A DNA stretch of 63,992 bases, counting the filler, from a bacterium (GTDB lineage: Bacteria; UBA9089; CG2-30-40-21; SBAY01): the NCBI GenBank assembly GCA_040757115.1. It is 4 parts of 4 records of this genome, joined end to end, with 100 filler letters (N's around TTAATTAATTAA, not from the genome) between each part and the next. Parts side by side here need not be neighbours in the genome. Positions count along the whole stretch, not along the records: positions 48,923 to 63,992 come from JBFLYA010000088.1; 3 more parts are not named here. One strand, written 5' to 3'. Of the stretch, positions 62,982 to 63,992 are shown piece by piece. Below the pieces are notes generated by a model. It was not told where the DNA came from. It ran no database searches and saw nothing but the letters and a program-made list of their open reading frames with translations. Position numbers and translations under genes: made by a program. How positions within the stretch are numbered: the stretch's first letter is position 1; every line of letters begins with the position of its first letter.

Positions 62982-63819
62982 TTTTTCCCTCTTTATGCCA
63001 GGTTAAAACCTTTCCAATTGCTCCTAATCCTATTAAGGCGATGATAAATACCAATAATCCGGCGAGGGTATGCGTTGGTTCTGTTAATGCAGCCTCATGA
63101 CCATAGACATAAGTGATGAGTGTCAGGAAAATTATTCTCACGATATTAGATAAAATAGCCACAGGCACAGCAGAGAAAAATAGAATAATTCTCCTTAAAA
63201 ATGATATAGATAAAATATTGGCAAATAGTGTCCCTAAGGCTAAAAGTGTAATTAAAGATCTGAGTCCACTGCACGGTTCACCAACTTCAAGGAAATCATC
63301 CGGTAAATTTATTCTTGCTCCTTCCATAGATACCGGGATACCCATTAAATTTATAGAGACAGTCGCCCAGTAGGTTGCAAACATCTTAAGATGAAATGTT
63401 AAAAAAAGAGTAAATACCTCCGGCAGAGGAACCATAAAAACCAGGAAACTTATTGGGAAAATAAGTTTCCTGGTCATTTTAGCCCCTAAAAGATATAAAC
63501 ATAGTCCAAAAATGACAATAATAAGTGAAAAGCCGCTGACAAAGTCTATTAAAAAACAACGGCTTACCAGATGAATTAATAATCCTGCACAAAATAGTAT
63601 TAATCCTTTTGCACAGGAGATAACTGGTATCTTTTTTAACTCATCCTTCATTTTCCAGATTAAGAATAAGGAGATAATGGGAATTAATGGACCATGAGTA
63701 TAGTTTGACTCCCCTTCTAAATATTTATATTTCATCCAGAAAAAGGTTGGTAAATAGACGAGGATGACCAAAATAACCACTATCCAAACTTTTATCTTTG
63801 ACCAGATAATCATAACCAC
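62971..63819 (-). CDS. Exosortase (EpsH family)
   Basis: HGPLIP, FMVPLP, PCSGLRSL, NIVRI, H-TLAG catalytic pattern. Confidence 0.92.
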   Translation of the reverse strand: MVMIIWSKIKVWIVVILVILVYLPTFFWMKYKYLEGESNYTHGPLIPIISLFLIWKMKDELKKIPVISCAKGLILFCAGLLIHLVSRCFLIDFVSGFSLIIVIFGLCLYLLGAKMTRKLIFPISFLVFMVPLPEVFTLFLTFHLKMFATYWATVSINLMGIPVSMEGARINLPDDFLEVGEPCSGLRSLITLLALGTLFANILSISFLRRIILFFSAVPVAILSNIVRIIFLTLITYVYGHEAALTEPTHTLAGLLVFIIALIGLGAIGKVLTWHKEGKNGN

Positions 63820-63870
63820 CTACTCTTTTCCTAGTGCTCTGTCGCTACTCAATTGATGTTCTCCTTTGGC

Positions 63871-63992
63871 CTAATCATTACCCACATCTTTTAGTGGACA
63901 GATTTGATAGAAATTCCAAATTCCAAGCACCAAATTCCAAATAAATTCCAAATTCCAAGCACCAAATCCCAAACACCAAATTCCAAAGTTTA
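63871..63992. mobile_element. Left part of another IS4/IS50-like MITE with AAATTCC heptamer arm
   Basis: CTAATCATTACCCACATCTTTTAGTGGACA followed by AAATTCC repeats, running off the window end. Confidence 0.7.

Overview
AT-rich bacterial sequence from a draft or metagenome-assembled genome. It is not one continuous locus: three N-runs carrying an all-frame-stop linker (TTAATTAATTAA; 16305-16404, 32576-32675, 48823-48922) join separate contigs, and a plain 100-N gap lies at 9950-10049. Core genes are radA-carD-PIN/TRAM, cobO, a speD-speE-decarboxylase polyamine operon, deoB, a ROK kinase, PGM/PMM, eno-ftsB, a stand-alone atpD-atpC pair and exosortase/EpsI. A PorV/PorQ-like barrel and a FlgD-Ig surface protein suggest a diderm organism, possibly from a candidate phylum (inference). 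Accessory content: (1) a decayed integron cassette array without integrase at the left end (attC sites, GxxExxY, VapBC and RelBE cassettes); (2) a secreted RHS polymorphic toxin with orphan C-terminus/immunity modules whose boundaries coincide with REPIN-like GGGTCAGACC...GGTCTGACCC hairpins, next to an internally deleted RAYT/Y1 transposase; (3) a 7-gene island (45038-37215, minus strand) combining a eukaryote-type HAD phosphomannomutase, an atypical phosphohexomutase, a membrane-anchored PLD/DUF5919-like protein, a SLOG-NDT fusion, a BtrN-like radical SAM enzyme, a class III cyclase fusion and an SDR, with an internal attC; this is the best candidate for an undescribed nucleotide/sugar-based signalling, defence or biosynthetic system; (4) a P-loop ATPase coupled to a TPR protein made of near-identical 120-bp repeats that vary at only a few codons; (5) at least five families of MITE-like elements, several with clear target-site duplications and often nested. 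No rRNA, tRNA or CRISPR array was seen. All family assignments come from motif recognition by eye; no database search was run.
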